This document shows, piece by piece, positions 18,775-28,393 of a stretch of DNA of 36,633 bases. Below the pieces are notes generated by a model that saw only the letters and a list, made by a program, of their open reading frames with translations, did not search any database and was not told the origin of the DNA. Positions within the stretch are counted from its first letter, which is position 1. Each line of letters begins with the position of its first letter. Both the position numbers and the translations under genes were made by a program. Origin of the DNA: Bacteroidota bacterium (lineage in GTDB: Bacteria; Bacteroidota; Bacteroidia; Chitinophagales; Chitinophagaceae); contig CANHUW010000001.1 in the NCBI GenBank assembly GCA_947463975.1, positions 1 to 36,633 on the forward strand, given 5' to 3'.

Positions 18775-19935
18775 TCAATTAGCAAATATTCCACTCTCAT
18801 TTTTAATTCCTTTAATCATCAAAATTTGTTCATTAATGTACGCCTGCCTAGAATATTTTAATCTGTCCTGTTCAATAGTATCAACAATATTTTTATAACG
18901 ATTAAAAAAACATACTTTTTCAATCAATAATTGAACTATATTTTTTACAATGATGTCATCTGAAAAATTATCATCCACTAAAAAACCATTGATTTCATCT
19001 GTTATAATATCCTCTACGCCCCTGGACTTCAGCGCAACCACAAGCTTTCCAGAGGATAAAGCCTCTAACAAAGAAACTGGCAGACCTTCCTTTCTACTTA
19101 AAAATAGAAAAATATCACATTCAGCCAATTCATCTTGAACATTATCAATAAATCCAGTTATTCTAATGTTTTCATTACTTGTCAAATACTTGATTTCTGA
19201 AATAGTAAGACCGGAATTTCTAGCAGGATCAAAATCACCAATCAATTTTAAACTAACACGAAAATCAACCGACTCTTCGAGTAATTTAAAGGTTCGAATT
19301 AGTAAATCAAATCCTTTGAATGCAACAAATCTCCCTGTAAATCCTATTACTAGATTTTCCCTCTTTCGCATGAAAAAAGGAGATAATTTAGTGGGAAAGT
19401 TCTCAATTTTGCAACCAACACCAAACGATTTCGTTTTTACTATTTTTTTAGCCTTAATTTTTTTTAAACAATTATAATCATACTGATTCAAAACAATTGT
19501 TTTGTCAAGCCTTGAAACTGAAAAAAGTTCTATCAAACCAAAAAGATACTTACTAACACCCTTTTTAACATTATAATTAAGTCCATGAAATGTCCCCCAA
19601 TATGTACATGAACGAACCTTAAAAAGAATTGAAGCAAATATAGCACTTGTGAAATGCGCATGCACCAAAGTAATATTATGTAACCTTACTAAGCGCTTTA
19701 CACGAAAGGATGCTGACACTAACTTTCGAATATTCAAAGTTCGTGGAAAGTCAACATCACAGTATACTATATTTTCAAAAGTATAATTGCTATTAAACTT
19801 AATAAGATTATTTTTAGAAGCAAAAACATAAACTTTGTAGGAGCTAGTATTTGATAATTCAATTGCAAAATCAATAAGGAAATTCAAATAGCTTCCGTAA
19901 TCAGTTATCACTATTGCTATGTTTTTATCTCTCAT
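18775..19935 (-). CDS. Glycosyltransferase family 4
   Basis: GRFVAFKG and SRKEGLPVSLLEA (EX7E) motifs. Confidence 0.9.
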   Translation of the reverse strand: MRDKNIAIVITDYGSYLNFLIDFAIELSNTSSYKVYVFASKNNLIKFNSNYTFENIVYCDVDFPRTLNIRKLVSASFRVKRLVRLHNITLVHAHFTSAIFASILFKVRSCTYWGTFHGLNYNVKKGVSKYLFGLIELFSVSRLDKTIVLNQYDYNCLKKIKAKKIVKTKSFGVGCKIENFPTKLSPFFMRKRENLVIGFTGRFVAFKGFDLLIRTFKLLEESVDFRVSLKLIGDFDPARNSGLTISEIKYLTSNENIRITGFIDNVQDELAECDIFLFLSRKEGLPVSLLEALSSGKLVVALKSRGVEDIITDEINGFLVDDNFSDDIIVKNIVQLLIEKVCFFNRYKNIVDTIEQDRLKYSRQAYINEQILMIKGIKNESGIFAN

Positions 19936-20789
19936 GACAAATAACTTAAAAATCTATCATGCTTAGCCTTAAGCCAACCACGAAACATTTCGAATACCAA
20001 AATATATTGTAAAAAAATAAACTTGTATTTGCTGCGCTTTACAATCAATAAGAAGGGGAAAAACAAACAAACAAAATAAAATAAATATTTTACTGTGAAA
20101 AGATCCGCCTCACCCTCACCATATCCATAGATAAAATGCACTTTTCGTGCAGAAGTTAAATCATCTCGCATATTCCAAAAAACATAAGCTTGTGGTTCAA
20201 AATAAATACTGTAGCCAACCTTTTTACAATTAACAATAAACAAAGTGTCTTCCGCTGCTAGCTTTAAGTATTCAGGGTAACCCCCAACTTCTTCCCAAAC
20301 TGATTTTCGAAAACTTAATGACCTAGAACTTGGAATGAAATTTGTTGAATTGTAGAAAGATGATTTAACAAACAAAATATAAGCCAATTTTCGATGAAAG
20401 TCATTTTCTATTAAAGGTTGATAATAGCCTCCAACAATTGAAATGTTTTCATTATCAAATAAGTGTCTTGTAATATTTAGTAACCATAGATTATCTAAAA
20501 TACACCCGGCGTCCGTAACCGCAATTATTTTATAATTTGCATAACTTATCGCGATATTACGACCCTTCGAAATATTAACTCTACTATTACTTTGTATTAG
20601 ATTAATATTTAAATTGCTGTTCTGTTTAAACTCATTAATAATTGAAACAGTTTCATCAGAAGAACCACCATCGCAAATAATGACTTCACGCGGCTGAACA
20701 GTTTGATTAGAAATAGATGATAATAACTTACCAATTGAACTTTGTTCATTATAAGTTGTAAGACATAATGACACATCTAAATATAGCAT
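19932..20789 (-). CDS. Glycosyltransferase family 2
   Basis: TTYNE, ICDGGSSD, GRNIAI, TDAG, VGGYPE and AED motifs. Confidence 0.9.
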   Translation of the reverse strand: MLYLDVSLCLTTYNEQSSIGKLLSSISNQTVQPREVIICDGGSSDETVSIINEFKQNSNLNINLIQSNSRVNISKGRNIAISYANYKIIAVTDAGCILDNLWLLNITRHLFDNENISIVGGYYQPLIENDFHRKLAYILFVKSSFYNSTNFIPSSRSLSFRKSVWEEVGGYPEYLKLAAEDTLFIVNCKKVGYSIYFEPQAYVFWNMRDDLTSARKVHFIYGYGEGEADLFTVKYLFYFVCLFFPFLLIVKRSKYKFIFLQYILVFEMFRGWLKAKHDRFLSYLS

Positions 20790-20793
20790 AAGC

Positions 20794-22098
20794 TCATAAT
20801 TTACTTTTTAAGAAATATTTTCGTATTATCAAAAAATAATAACAAATACTCAACAATTCCAGGATAGATATTAAAATAATCAAGCCAACAATACTCGAAT
20901 AATACTTAGTATAAAATAATCCGAACAAAAACAACAAGACATTAACTACAATAAATGGATGTACTTTCTTCATTGATTGAATGATAATGACTGGTATACT
21001 TACAACTAAGTTTATAATTTTTGAAATAAAAAGTACAGAAAATAATAAAAAAACAAATTGAGGATCTAGCTCTTTCATTAATGATGTTATTGACATATTG
21101 ACCAAAACAAAAAACACGAATGCAACTGAAACAAAAAACAACAACAACGGAATAATTGTACTTTTGTAATAAGTTTTTGAATATTCTAATAACCCATTCT
21201 TATTTTTTTTTAAAACAAAATCGGAAATTCTTGGGATACCAATATTCTGTAACCCGGATACAATAGCAGCAAAAATCGCACTCCAAATTTTTTCAATATA
21301 ACTATAAATTGCAAAAGTACTTGGATTTAAAAGGCTAAGGATTGAAGTAATTAAAAATGAATTGCCTAATGTGTATATTGAACCTGATGCTCTCATTAAG
21401 ACACTATTAAATAACATTGGCCATACATTAGCATCTGAAAAATTAAATTTTTTATTAAATAATTTGGCTGCGCAAACAAATAAAATAAAAAATGATAATA
21501 CTGAACCAAAACCTTGGAAAATTAAAATTGTAAATAAACTATCTAAACCTAAAAAAAATGAACCAAATAAAGATAATATCGAAAACACAGGAACTATACA
21601 GTTAACTATAAATGATAATAAAACTATTTTATGACATATCAACACAGATCTTAAGATAGAATTCAAAGGATAAAAAAAAACTTGAATAAGTCCTACACAA
21701 AAGAATTTTTCTATCGAGTTTTTTATATCTATGTGGTAATTTTTAAAAAACAGATCAACAATTTCTTTTGAAAAAACAAAAAATAATAAAACAAATAAAA
21801 CACTAAACAAAGAAACTACAAATATTGATTTAGAAAAGAATGGGGGGTGTTTTCCTACTGCTAGCTCTCTTAAATAAAAATGGACAAATTGCTCGCAGAA
21901 TCCTATTAATAACATTGAAGCATTCAACAGTAATAATTGTGATGAAAAATAAATCGAAACTGGTGAAGTAGCTTTATAAAATAAGTATAAAAACAGAACG
22001 AATATTGTATTTAATAAAATAGGTATTGCTCCTAAAAATTGTATACTTTTAAAATATTTTGAAAGGTATTCGATAAATCTATTAACTAAGGGCATCAA
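20794..22098 (-). CDS. MOP-superfamily flippase (Wzx/MurJ-like)
   Basis: 434-aa polytopic membrane protein with about 12 hydrophobic segments, next to the putative wzy. The call rests on topology and context. Confidence 0.6.
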   Translation of the reverse strand: MMPLVNRFIEYLSKYFKSIQFLGAIPILLNTIFVLFLYLFYKATSPVSIYFSSQLLLLNASMLLIGFCEQFVHFYLRELAVGKHPPFFSKSIFVVSLFSVLFVLLFFVFSKEIVDLFFKNYHIDIKNSIEKFFCVGLIQVFFYPLNSILRSVLICHKIVLLSFIVNCIVPVFSILSLFGSFFLGLDSLFTILIFQGFGSVLSFFILFVCAAKLFNKKFNFSDANVWPMLFNSVLMRASGSIYTLGNSFLITSILSLLNPSTFAIYSYIEKIWSAIFAAIVSGLQNIGIPRISDFVLKKNKNGLLEYSKTYYKSTIIPLLLFFVSVAFVFFVLVNMSITSLMKELDPQFVFLLFSVLFISKIINLVVSIPVIIIQSMKKVHPFIVVNVLLFLFGLFYTKYYSSIVGLIILISILELLSICYYFLIIRKYFLKSKL

Positions 22099-23377
22099 CT
22101 CTTCTTAAATTATTAGATATGCCTTTAAAAATTGCAAGAATACAAGGCAAGAGAAAAAATGAAAAAAACATAAATATTGGAAATTGAATTGAAGCTCTAA
22201 TACCAACGGAAAAAAGAAAGACACAATAGAATTCAAATAACTTTGAATTAAATAAAAGTCGGATATATCTAACTAATAAAATCAAAACATAACCGTAAGC
22301 AACGGAATACAGAAAAGCTCCGATTATACCAAACTGTGAATAACCAACTGCCCAATTAATAAATGTTAAAACACCATGTTCATGGCCAATTTCACCAATT
22401 AGTTCTACAGTCATTCGTGGTTCAAATGAAGTCAATGGTTTTTCTAACCAAAAAGCTCTCGGGACAAAACTTAAAAAAAACATATATATATCCTTTCCAT
22501 ATTCATAGTCTTTTTTTCCAGAACTTATAGATTCATATAATAAGTCCTGCGCAAAAACAGGACTTAAATCTTTTCTCATTGTGTAACGAACAAATTCATT
22601 ATCAACTCCAGAATTTTGCTCTCCAAGTCCACCTCTCAAAGAATTTAATGAAACCAATAAAATCATAAAAGTAAAAGCAAAAAAGACCAATTTAACAATT
22701 GAAAGTCTTTTCACATAATAATGCCTATAAACAACCCAAAACAAAATAGAAAGAAGAATTCCCATCCTAGTTGCAGAAATCAAAACAACAGGCAAAATAA
22801 TAAAAAAAAGGAAAATAAAAATATTAAATAAAAACTTCTTACCTTTTAGACATCGTTCAAAATATATAATTGAAAAAGGATAAAACAAGAAAGTAATTCG
22901 ACCAAGTGCATTTTCAACTAATGTATCCTCCGCTAGATAGTTACTAATATGATCAAGAAGTGCGCCTTGTATAAAATATGAGATGGGGGTCAACCCAAGT
23001 CTTGTAATTTTTAAGTAAAAAATAAATAAACACAATAACAAATGGGATACTGTAAAAAAAAGTAATGTTCTACTCCTAAATTCAAACAAAATTGGCTTAA
23101 TGAAGCTTGTTTTACTTTTCAGATTTTTGAAACCGATTTCAGTTTTCACTAATTTAAAACCTATAAATGTCCCAATTATTCCAACTAACCATAATGAAAT
23201 GTAGGGGATGGAAGATTCGACTTTTATATCAATCTCTGGATAAGCCAACTTAGAACCTATAACAAGATACAAAAGAAAGAAAAACATAATATTTTGTACT
23301 GAAAAAATATCTCGCTTTTCAATTTTTGGAACAAAGATTAAGTAGACTAAAACTAACATTACTGCTACAATAGTCAT
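22082..23377 (-). CDS. wzy: Oligosaccharide repeat-unit polymerase
   Basis: Polytopic protein with SATRMG, LRGG, a large periplasmic loop containing FVPRAFWLEKP, and YSQFGIIG. Confidence 0.75.
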   Translation of the reverse strand: MTIVAVMLVLVYLIFVPKIEKRDIFSVQNIMFFFLLYLVIGSKLAYPEIDIKVESSIPYISLWLVGIIGTFIGFKLVKTEIGFKNLKSKTSFIKPILFEFRSRTLLFFTVSHLLLCLFIFYLKITRLGLTPISYFIQGALLDHISNYLAEDTLVENALGRITFLFYPFSIIYFERCLKGKKFLFNIFIFLFFIILPVVLISATRMGILLSILFWVVYRHYYVKRLSIVKLVFFAFTFMILLVSLNSLRGGLGEQNSGVDNEFVRYTMRKDLSPVFAQDLLYESISSGKKDYEYGKDIYMFFLSFVPRAFWLEKPLTSFEPRMTVELIGEIGHEHGVLTFINWAVGYSQFGIIGAFLYSVAYGYVLILLVRYIRLLFNSKLFEFYCVFLFSVGIRASIQFPIFMFFSFFLLPCILAIFKGISNNLRRVDALS

Positions 23378-24120
23378 AACTCTCTTTTGACTAGAATATA
23401 ATACTCACAAGCAAGCCTCTGCGTAGCTTTGGATCTGTAAATCAATAAATCAAAGTAACGACAAGGTGCTAAAACCCAACGAACAAAAAATCTTAATAAC
23501 AAAGAGGGCAATTTATAAGATAGCAAATTTGAGAATAAATCAGAAATTATCCATATTATGGAACCCAAAGGACCACCGCTAACTCCAATAAAAACTGGAG
23601 AAAAAGGTTTTGTTAAATACTTTAAGCCGTCTAAAGTACATCTCCAATAATCTGAAGGGTCGCCGTGAACTCCTTGCAAAAAGGGCATTTCTACATAAAT
23701 ATATCCACCACACTTTACTACTCTTTTAACCGAATCAAATAATTTATAGATATCTTCAACGTGTTCTGGAACTGCTTGCAGTACCACAATATCAAAAACA
23801 CCGATATCATCAGGTAGATCTGTGGCATCCGCAACGATATCGACATTTGGCCCATCACAAATATCAAGGCGTATTACTTCAACAGAAGCCTTAAACTTAG
23901 AGTTCCATAACCATTTACCTGGCCCTTTAGATAAACCAGAGCCAATATCTAAAATCCTATTACCATCTTTAAAAATTATTGATCTGATGGCATTCTTTTT
24001 GAATTCTGGGATAACATTGACAAACGGTGCAGGAGGGTAAACATTTTTTAATAAACTTAAAATAGATTTGTTCTTCGTTATTGAATACAACCTCGATTTA
24101 TAACCACCAGTATTTTTCAT
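23374..24120 (-). CDS. Class I SAM-dependent methyltransferase
   Basis: ILDIGSG, DIVADA, EHV and PFLQGVHGDPSDYWR, typical of polysaccharide-locus methyltransferases. Confidence 0.85.
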   Translation of the reverse strand: MKNTGGYKSRLYSITKNKSILSLLKNVYPPAPFVNVIPEFKKNAIRSIIFKDGNRILDIGSGLSKGPGKWLWNSKFKASVEVIRLDICDGPNVDIVADATDLPDDIGVFDIVVLQAVPEHVEDIYKLFDSVKRVVKCGGYIYVEMPFLQGVHGDPSDYWRCTLDGLKYLTKPFSPVFIGVSGGPLGSIIWIISDLFSNLLSYKLPSLLLRFFVRWVLAPCRYFDLLIYRSKATQRLACEYYILVKREL

Positions 24121-24128
24121 AATATATT

Positions 24129-25220
24129 TTAATTATTATTAATTAAAGATAAATAAGCTTGTCTATTGCGAGTTAAAAAACTTGGCCATAAATCTAAAGC
24201 TGCGGAAGATTTCAACTTTATATCCTCCAGTTCTAGATTATCTATTAAATTTTTCATGGAAACTAAACCTTCTTCAATTACATAACCTGTAGACTTCTGT
24301 TCTACTACTTTCGCAAAGGCTGGTCCAACATTTGTAATTATAGCCTTCCCATACTTTAAATGCTCATAATATTTATTTGGTGCAGCATTCTCATGGTGTA
24401 AAGCACCATTCAAATAATAAAATCCAACAATAACATTGCAATCGTTTATGAACTTTGTAGTTTCATCATGTCCTACTGGACCTATAAAAACTATCTTACT
24501 GGAATTTAAAGATTTAAATTCATCTTCAAGAGGGCCAAAACCTCCAATAACTAACTGAACTTTATTATGACTTTCAATTACTGCTTGTACTAAATTTTCA
24601 AGACCTCTAATTTTGGGTTGCAAAACTCCAATATATAACACTTTAATTATACTATTGCTTATAGCATTATTGGATTTAGCAACCTTAGCCTCCAACAAAC
24701 TAAAATTCTCAATAACTATAGCCCTATTACGCACATCAATTGGCAAAATTTTTCTTCTCCATTCTGCGCAAATGATGACATTATCTGACCAATGGATACA
24801 TTTATTCTCTAGGTAATTAATAAATTTATTCTCTCTAAATACATCAGAATAATGATCATAAATATCAAAAATAATTCTACCTTTAAAAAAGGTGCGTATA
24901 AATACTGCTAATAATGCAGTGTCTAAGTCAGACAAAATTATAGTTTTTAATTTTCCTCTGAACTTAAAAATTTTCGCTAAAACAAATAAATCGAATATAA
25001 TCCTACCAAAAAGTGTTTTCACAAAATTTCCATACATGCCAGATATTAATGTAAAAGAGATTACATTCGGCATCTTCATTTCTCTTGCCTTTAATTGATC
25101 GTTTTTAGTTCTTGGCCAATCAATTATCGTAATTGGACAGCCTAAAAATTGCAATGACTTTAAGTGATTTTGTACCCTACCATCAGTAGCTGAATAAGTG
25201 GACCGAACAATTAAAAGCAT
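24129..25220 (-). CDS. Glycosyltransferase (GT4/GT-B)
   Basis: DGRV, IFDIYD, YIGVL..IRGLE, GFGPLE and APNKYYE motifs. Confidence 0.8.
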   Translation of the reverse strand: MLLIVRSTYSATDGRVQNHLKSLQFLGCPITIIDWPRTKNDQLKAREMKMPNVISFTLISGMYGNFVKTLFGRIIFDLFVLAKIFKFRGKLKTIILSDLDTALLAVFIRTFFKGRIIFDIYDHYSDVFRENKFINYLENKCIHWSDNVIICAEWRRKILPIDVRNRAIVIENFSLLEAKVAKSNNAISNSIIKVLYIGVLQPKIRGLENLVQAVIESHNKVQLVIGGFGPLEDEFKSLNSSKIVFIGPVGHDETTKFINDCNVIVGFYYLNGALHHENAAPNKYYEHLKYGKAIITNVGPAFAKVVEQKSTGYVIEEGLVSMKNLIDNLELEDIKLKSSAALDLWPSFLTRNRQAYLSLINNN

Positions 25221-25224
25221 GATA

Positions 25225-26163
25225 TTACTTACTTGGGTAAATTATTGACTTCAGAAAATATTTTAGGACGAAATGAAATTTGTAATAGCTATATAAACTG
25301 TAATACAATTTCAAAACAAACCGTCTCAAGGTTTTTGGATATTTAGAATTAAATTGCAAACTCCACACATTATAACCAATCGGCGTCAACCTGTTTGGAT
25401 CAAAATTATTAGTGGGATGCTTATTGCTTTTCAAACCTGCGTTTTCGATGTTAATAATTTTAAAATCTTTTAGTATCCTAATATTCGAAGAAATCTTCTG
25501 AAAATGACTAATTTTATTTTCAGTTACCATTTTTTTCCAAAATGAATTTCTAATTACAAAGGCTGTTAGGTAGGTCTCAGAACGTAATGCTTCGATGTAC
25601 TCACCAAGTTCGTTAATTCTTTTATCATTTATATATTTCGAATAGAAGTTTACTTCTGGGAGAGGTACTTCAAATATTTGCAACAAATCTGTCTTAAACC
25701 CTATATGAATCCAATCACAAACATGATATGGCAATTGAATTTGAAAACGCATTGGATCAATTGTAGAATAATCAATTGCGACTACTTTCCTGTTAAATAA
25801 ATGACCTTTAGATGTGCTTTGCTTGCAAATCATAACTAGATCTTTCATATTAACAATCTCAAGGTCGCTTCTTAATCTAACTATAAGTTCATTTTTCGCA
25901 TTTAATAATCCAATTTTTGCAAGTTTTATGATTCTATGAACATTACAAGGCTTAAAGCCAGGGGGGGTAAATGAATCAACGTCTTCACTGTAAATAAATT
26001 TATCAACTCCAACAATAGAAATAGACCTGTAGCTACTCCAAGTTGCAACAATAATCTCAATATTCGAATTTTTATCAAATTCTTTAATTACAGATACGCT
26101 TCTTTCGATACCCAGGAGCTCATTAGAAGTCAAAGGGCCATGAAATAAAATTGATAATTTCAA
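25225..26163 (-). CDS. wavE: WavE lipopolysaccharide-synthesis family protein
   Basis: SILFHGP, EIIVATW, NVHR, RLRSDL and PYHVCDWIHIG motifs; TTG start. Confidence 0.7.
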   Translation of the reverse strand: MKLSILFHGPLTSNELLGIERSVSVIKEFDKNSNIEIIVATWSSYRSISIVGVDKFIYSEDVDSFTPPGFKPCNVHRIIKLAKIGLLNAKNELIVRLRSDLEIVNMKDLVMICKQSTSKGHLFNRKVVAIDYSTIDPMRFQIQLPYHVCDWIHIGFKTDLLQIFEVPLPEVNFYSKYINDKRINELGEYIEALRSETYLTAFVIRNSFWKKMVTENKISHFQKISSNIRILKDFKIINIENAGLKSNKHPTNNFDPNRLTPIGYNVWSLQFNSKYPKTLRRFVLKLYYSLYSYYKFHFVLKYFLKSIIYPSK

Positions 26164-26431
26164 AACTTTTTTTTCAAACTGAGTTCAACAGATAAGTTCA
26201 ATTTTAAAAAAAATGACAAAATGCTATTTAACACATTATGCCAATTGACAAAAAAAATAAAAGTGTGAAAATACTTATAAATTGTCAATCAGTAAGCACA
26301 GAAAATTAAATTATGAATGTCCGAAATGTGATGTGTCATAGGATTAGTGAGCCTTTCGCCCAACTCCTAAACTAACAACGAAAATGTGACAGTTACAAAG
26401 GAATAGTAAACATACGATGGATTAACTCCAT

Positions 26432-27556
26432 CTAAACTAATAACGAATCTATAAAATTTACGATTCTAACTGAGGCCATTCCATCACCATAAGGATTATG
26501 TAGAGCACTCATTGCTAAATACTTATCAATATTATTAATTAAAATGTTACATTCTTTTACAATCATATCTTTATTAGTACCCACTAAGATAACAGTACCA
26601 GCATCAACAGCCTCCGGTCTCTCTGTAGAATCTCTCATCACTAAAACTGGCTTACCTAAACTTGGGGCTTCTTCTTGTACTCCTCCAGAGTCAGTTATAA
26701 TTAAATAGGATTGGGTCATCAGCCAAACAAAAGCTGGGTAAGTTAATGGATCAATTAAATGAATAGAATCACTATTCCCCAAAATTCTATTTACGGGTTC
26801 TTTTACATTGGGATTGAGATGCACGGGGTAGATTATTTGAACGTCCTTATTGATTGTTACAATCTCATTAAGAGCCTCGCAAATATTTATAAATCCTTGC
26901 CCATGGTTTTCTCTTCTGTGGCCTGTTACTAAAATTAGCTTCTTTGAAGTGTCAATGATAGTTTTTAATAATTTAATTTCAGAATTCTGAATTGATTGTA
27001 CTTTTAATGAACTATCTAATAATGCATCAATAACCGTATTTCCAGTTATTAAAATACTATCTTCACTCACATTTTCTAACACCAGATTGTTTTTTGATTG
27101 CATCGTAGGAGCAAAATGATAGTCAGCAATTCTCCCTGTAACTTGCCTATTGATTTCTTCGGGAAATGGAGATTTTTTGTTATAGGTGCGTAAACCAGCT
27201 TCTATATGGCACACTTTCGCACCTGCGTAAAATGCCGCAATGCTTGCTGCCATTGTGGTAGTTGTGTCACCATGCACATAAACATAATCTGGTTGAAATT
27301 CATCTAAAATTGGTTGTAAACCTAAAATTATATCAGAGGTCAACGAATATAGATTTTGATTATGTTTCATTAAATTCAAATCATAATCTGGAATGATTTC
27401 AAAAAAATCTAAGACCTGATCGAGCATTTCCCTGTGTTGCGCAGTAACACAAACCCTTGTTTCAAAAGCTTTACTATACTCTTTAAATTTCTTAATTAGA
27501 GGCGCCATTTTAATGGCTTCTGGTCTCGTTCCAAAAATTACTAAATTTTTCTTCAT
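26432..27556 (-). CDS. wecB: UDP-N-acetylglucosamine 2-epimerase (non-hydrolysing)
   Basis: FGTRPEAIKMAP, VHGDTTT, HIEAGLRT, HRREN, TDSGGVQEEAPSLGKP and NPYGDG. Confidence 0.97.
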   Translation of the reverse strand: MKKNLVIFGTRPEAIKMAPLIKKFKEYSKAFETRVCVTAQHREMLDQVLDFFEIIPDYDLNLMKHNQNLYSLTSDIILGLQPILDEFQPDYVYVHGDTTTTMAASIAAFYAGAKVCHIEAGLRTYNKKSPFPEEINRQVTGRIADYHFAPTMQSKNNLVLENVSEDSILITGNTVIDALLDSSLKVQSIQNSEIKLLKTIIDTSKKLILVTGHRRENHGQGFINICEALNEIVTINKDVQIIYPVHLNPNVKEPVNRILGNSDSIHLIDPLTYPAFVWLMTQSYLIITDSGGVQEEAPSLGKPVLVMRDSTERPEAVDAGTVILVGTNKDMIVKECNILINNIDKYLAMSALHNPYGDGMASVRIVNFIDSLLV

Positions 27557-27670
27557 TATATACCCAAAATAATTGTTACCTCTGATAAGTGATATATATT
27601 TTCCAACTTAGATACGTTTATCGTAAAAGGAGTAGATTTGCTTAGATTTAATAATAGATTACAAAAATTA

Positions 27671-28393
27671 TTAATCAAACTTTTTAATTAAATCTTCATA
27701 CTCCTGGGGCGTACCACAAAAAATAACATCATCTTCACCTATTAAATCATATGTTATATATTTTCCCTTATTAATTAGAAAGTTGTACAATGGCGCTACG
27801 TATAATTCTCCATTTACAAAAATAGAATTGTCGCGATGATAAAGAAATGCATCCAAAAAATCTTCATAGTGATTAAAAAAATAAAGTCCTGTACAGCATA
27901 AATCCGATATTGGATTTTTTTCAGCCGTTTCAATTACTTTATTCGTCTGTTTTGGATCTAATTTTACATATGACCAATTTTGCCCATAACCTTTAAAGAC
28001 CTCTAAGTATCCATCACAATTAATTCCTAAAGGATATTGAAAGTTAGGTCTGAATGTATCAATATTGAATATAGTAATACTCTCTCGAGGTAAAATTTTA
28101 CATTTTGATATTCCTTCAAAAACTGTTTCTGCTTGACCTGTTGTTTCATGATCCAGCATTATAACTTCAAAATTATCTATACCAAGTTCTCGCACCTCAT
28201 CTGAAATGAAGTTCTTGAAACCACTTAAATCCCTAGCGATAAATAAAAACTTTTCGACTTTAAAATAATCTTTAAAACTTAACAAGGAATGAGTAAAAAG
28301 ACTCAATCCTCTTAGTTTAAGCATAAATTTAGGCTTATCATAACCAGCTTCTGAAAATCGTCGGCTCAAACCAGCCATAGGTATAATTATCAT
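27671..28393 (-). CDS. Sugar-phosphate nucleotidyltransferase-like capsule protein (BcbG/KfoH-like)
   Basis: IPMAGLSRRF..PK, GQAETV, NIDT, EKNPIS, TGLYFF, GELYVAP and CGTP. Confidence 0.8.
   Translation of the reverse strand: MIIIPMAGLSRRFSEAGYDKPKFMLKLRGLSLFTHSLLSFKDYFKVEKFLFIARDLSGFKNFISDEVRELGIDNFEVIMLDHETTGQAETVFEGISKCKILPRESITIFNIDTFRPNFQYPLGINCDGYLEVFKGYGQNWSYVKLDPKQTNKVIETAEKNPISDLCCTGLYFFNHYEDFLDAFLYHRDNSIFVNGELYVAPLYNFLINKGKYITYDLIGEDDVIFCGTPQEYEDLIKKFD

Noticed and set aside
26164-26431. 268-bp gap with GCCCAAC (attC-like RYYYAAC) and an ATTGACAA/TTGTCAAT inverted pair
   Set aside because: No matching GTTRRRY partner or attC stem was found and there is no integron integrase; short matches are expected by chance.
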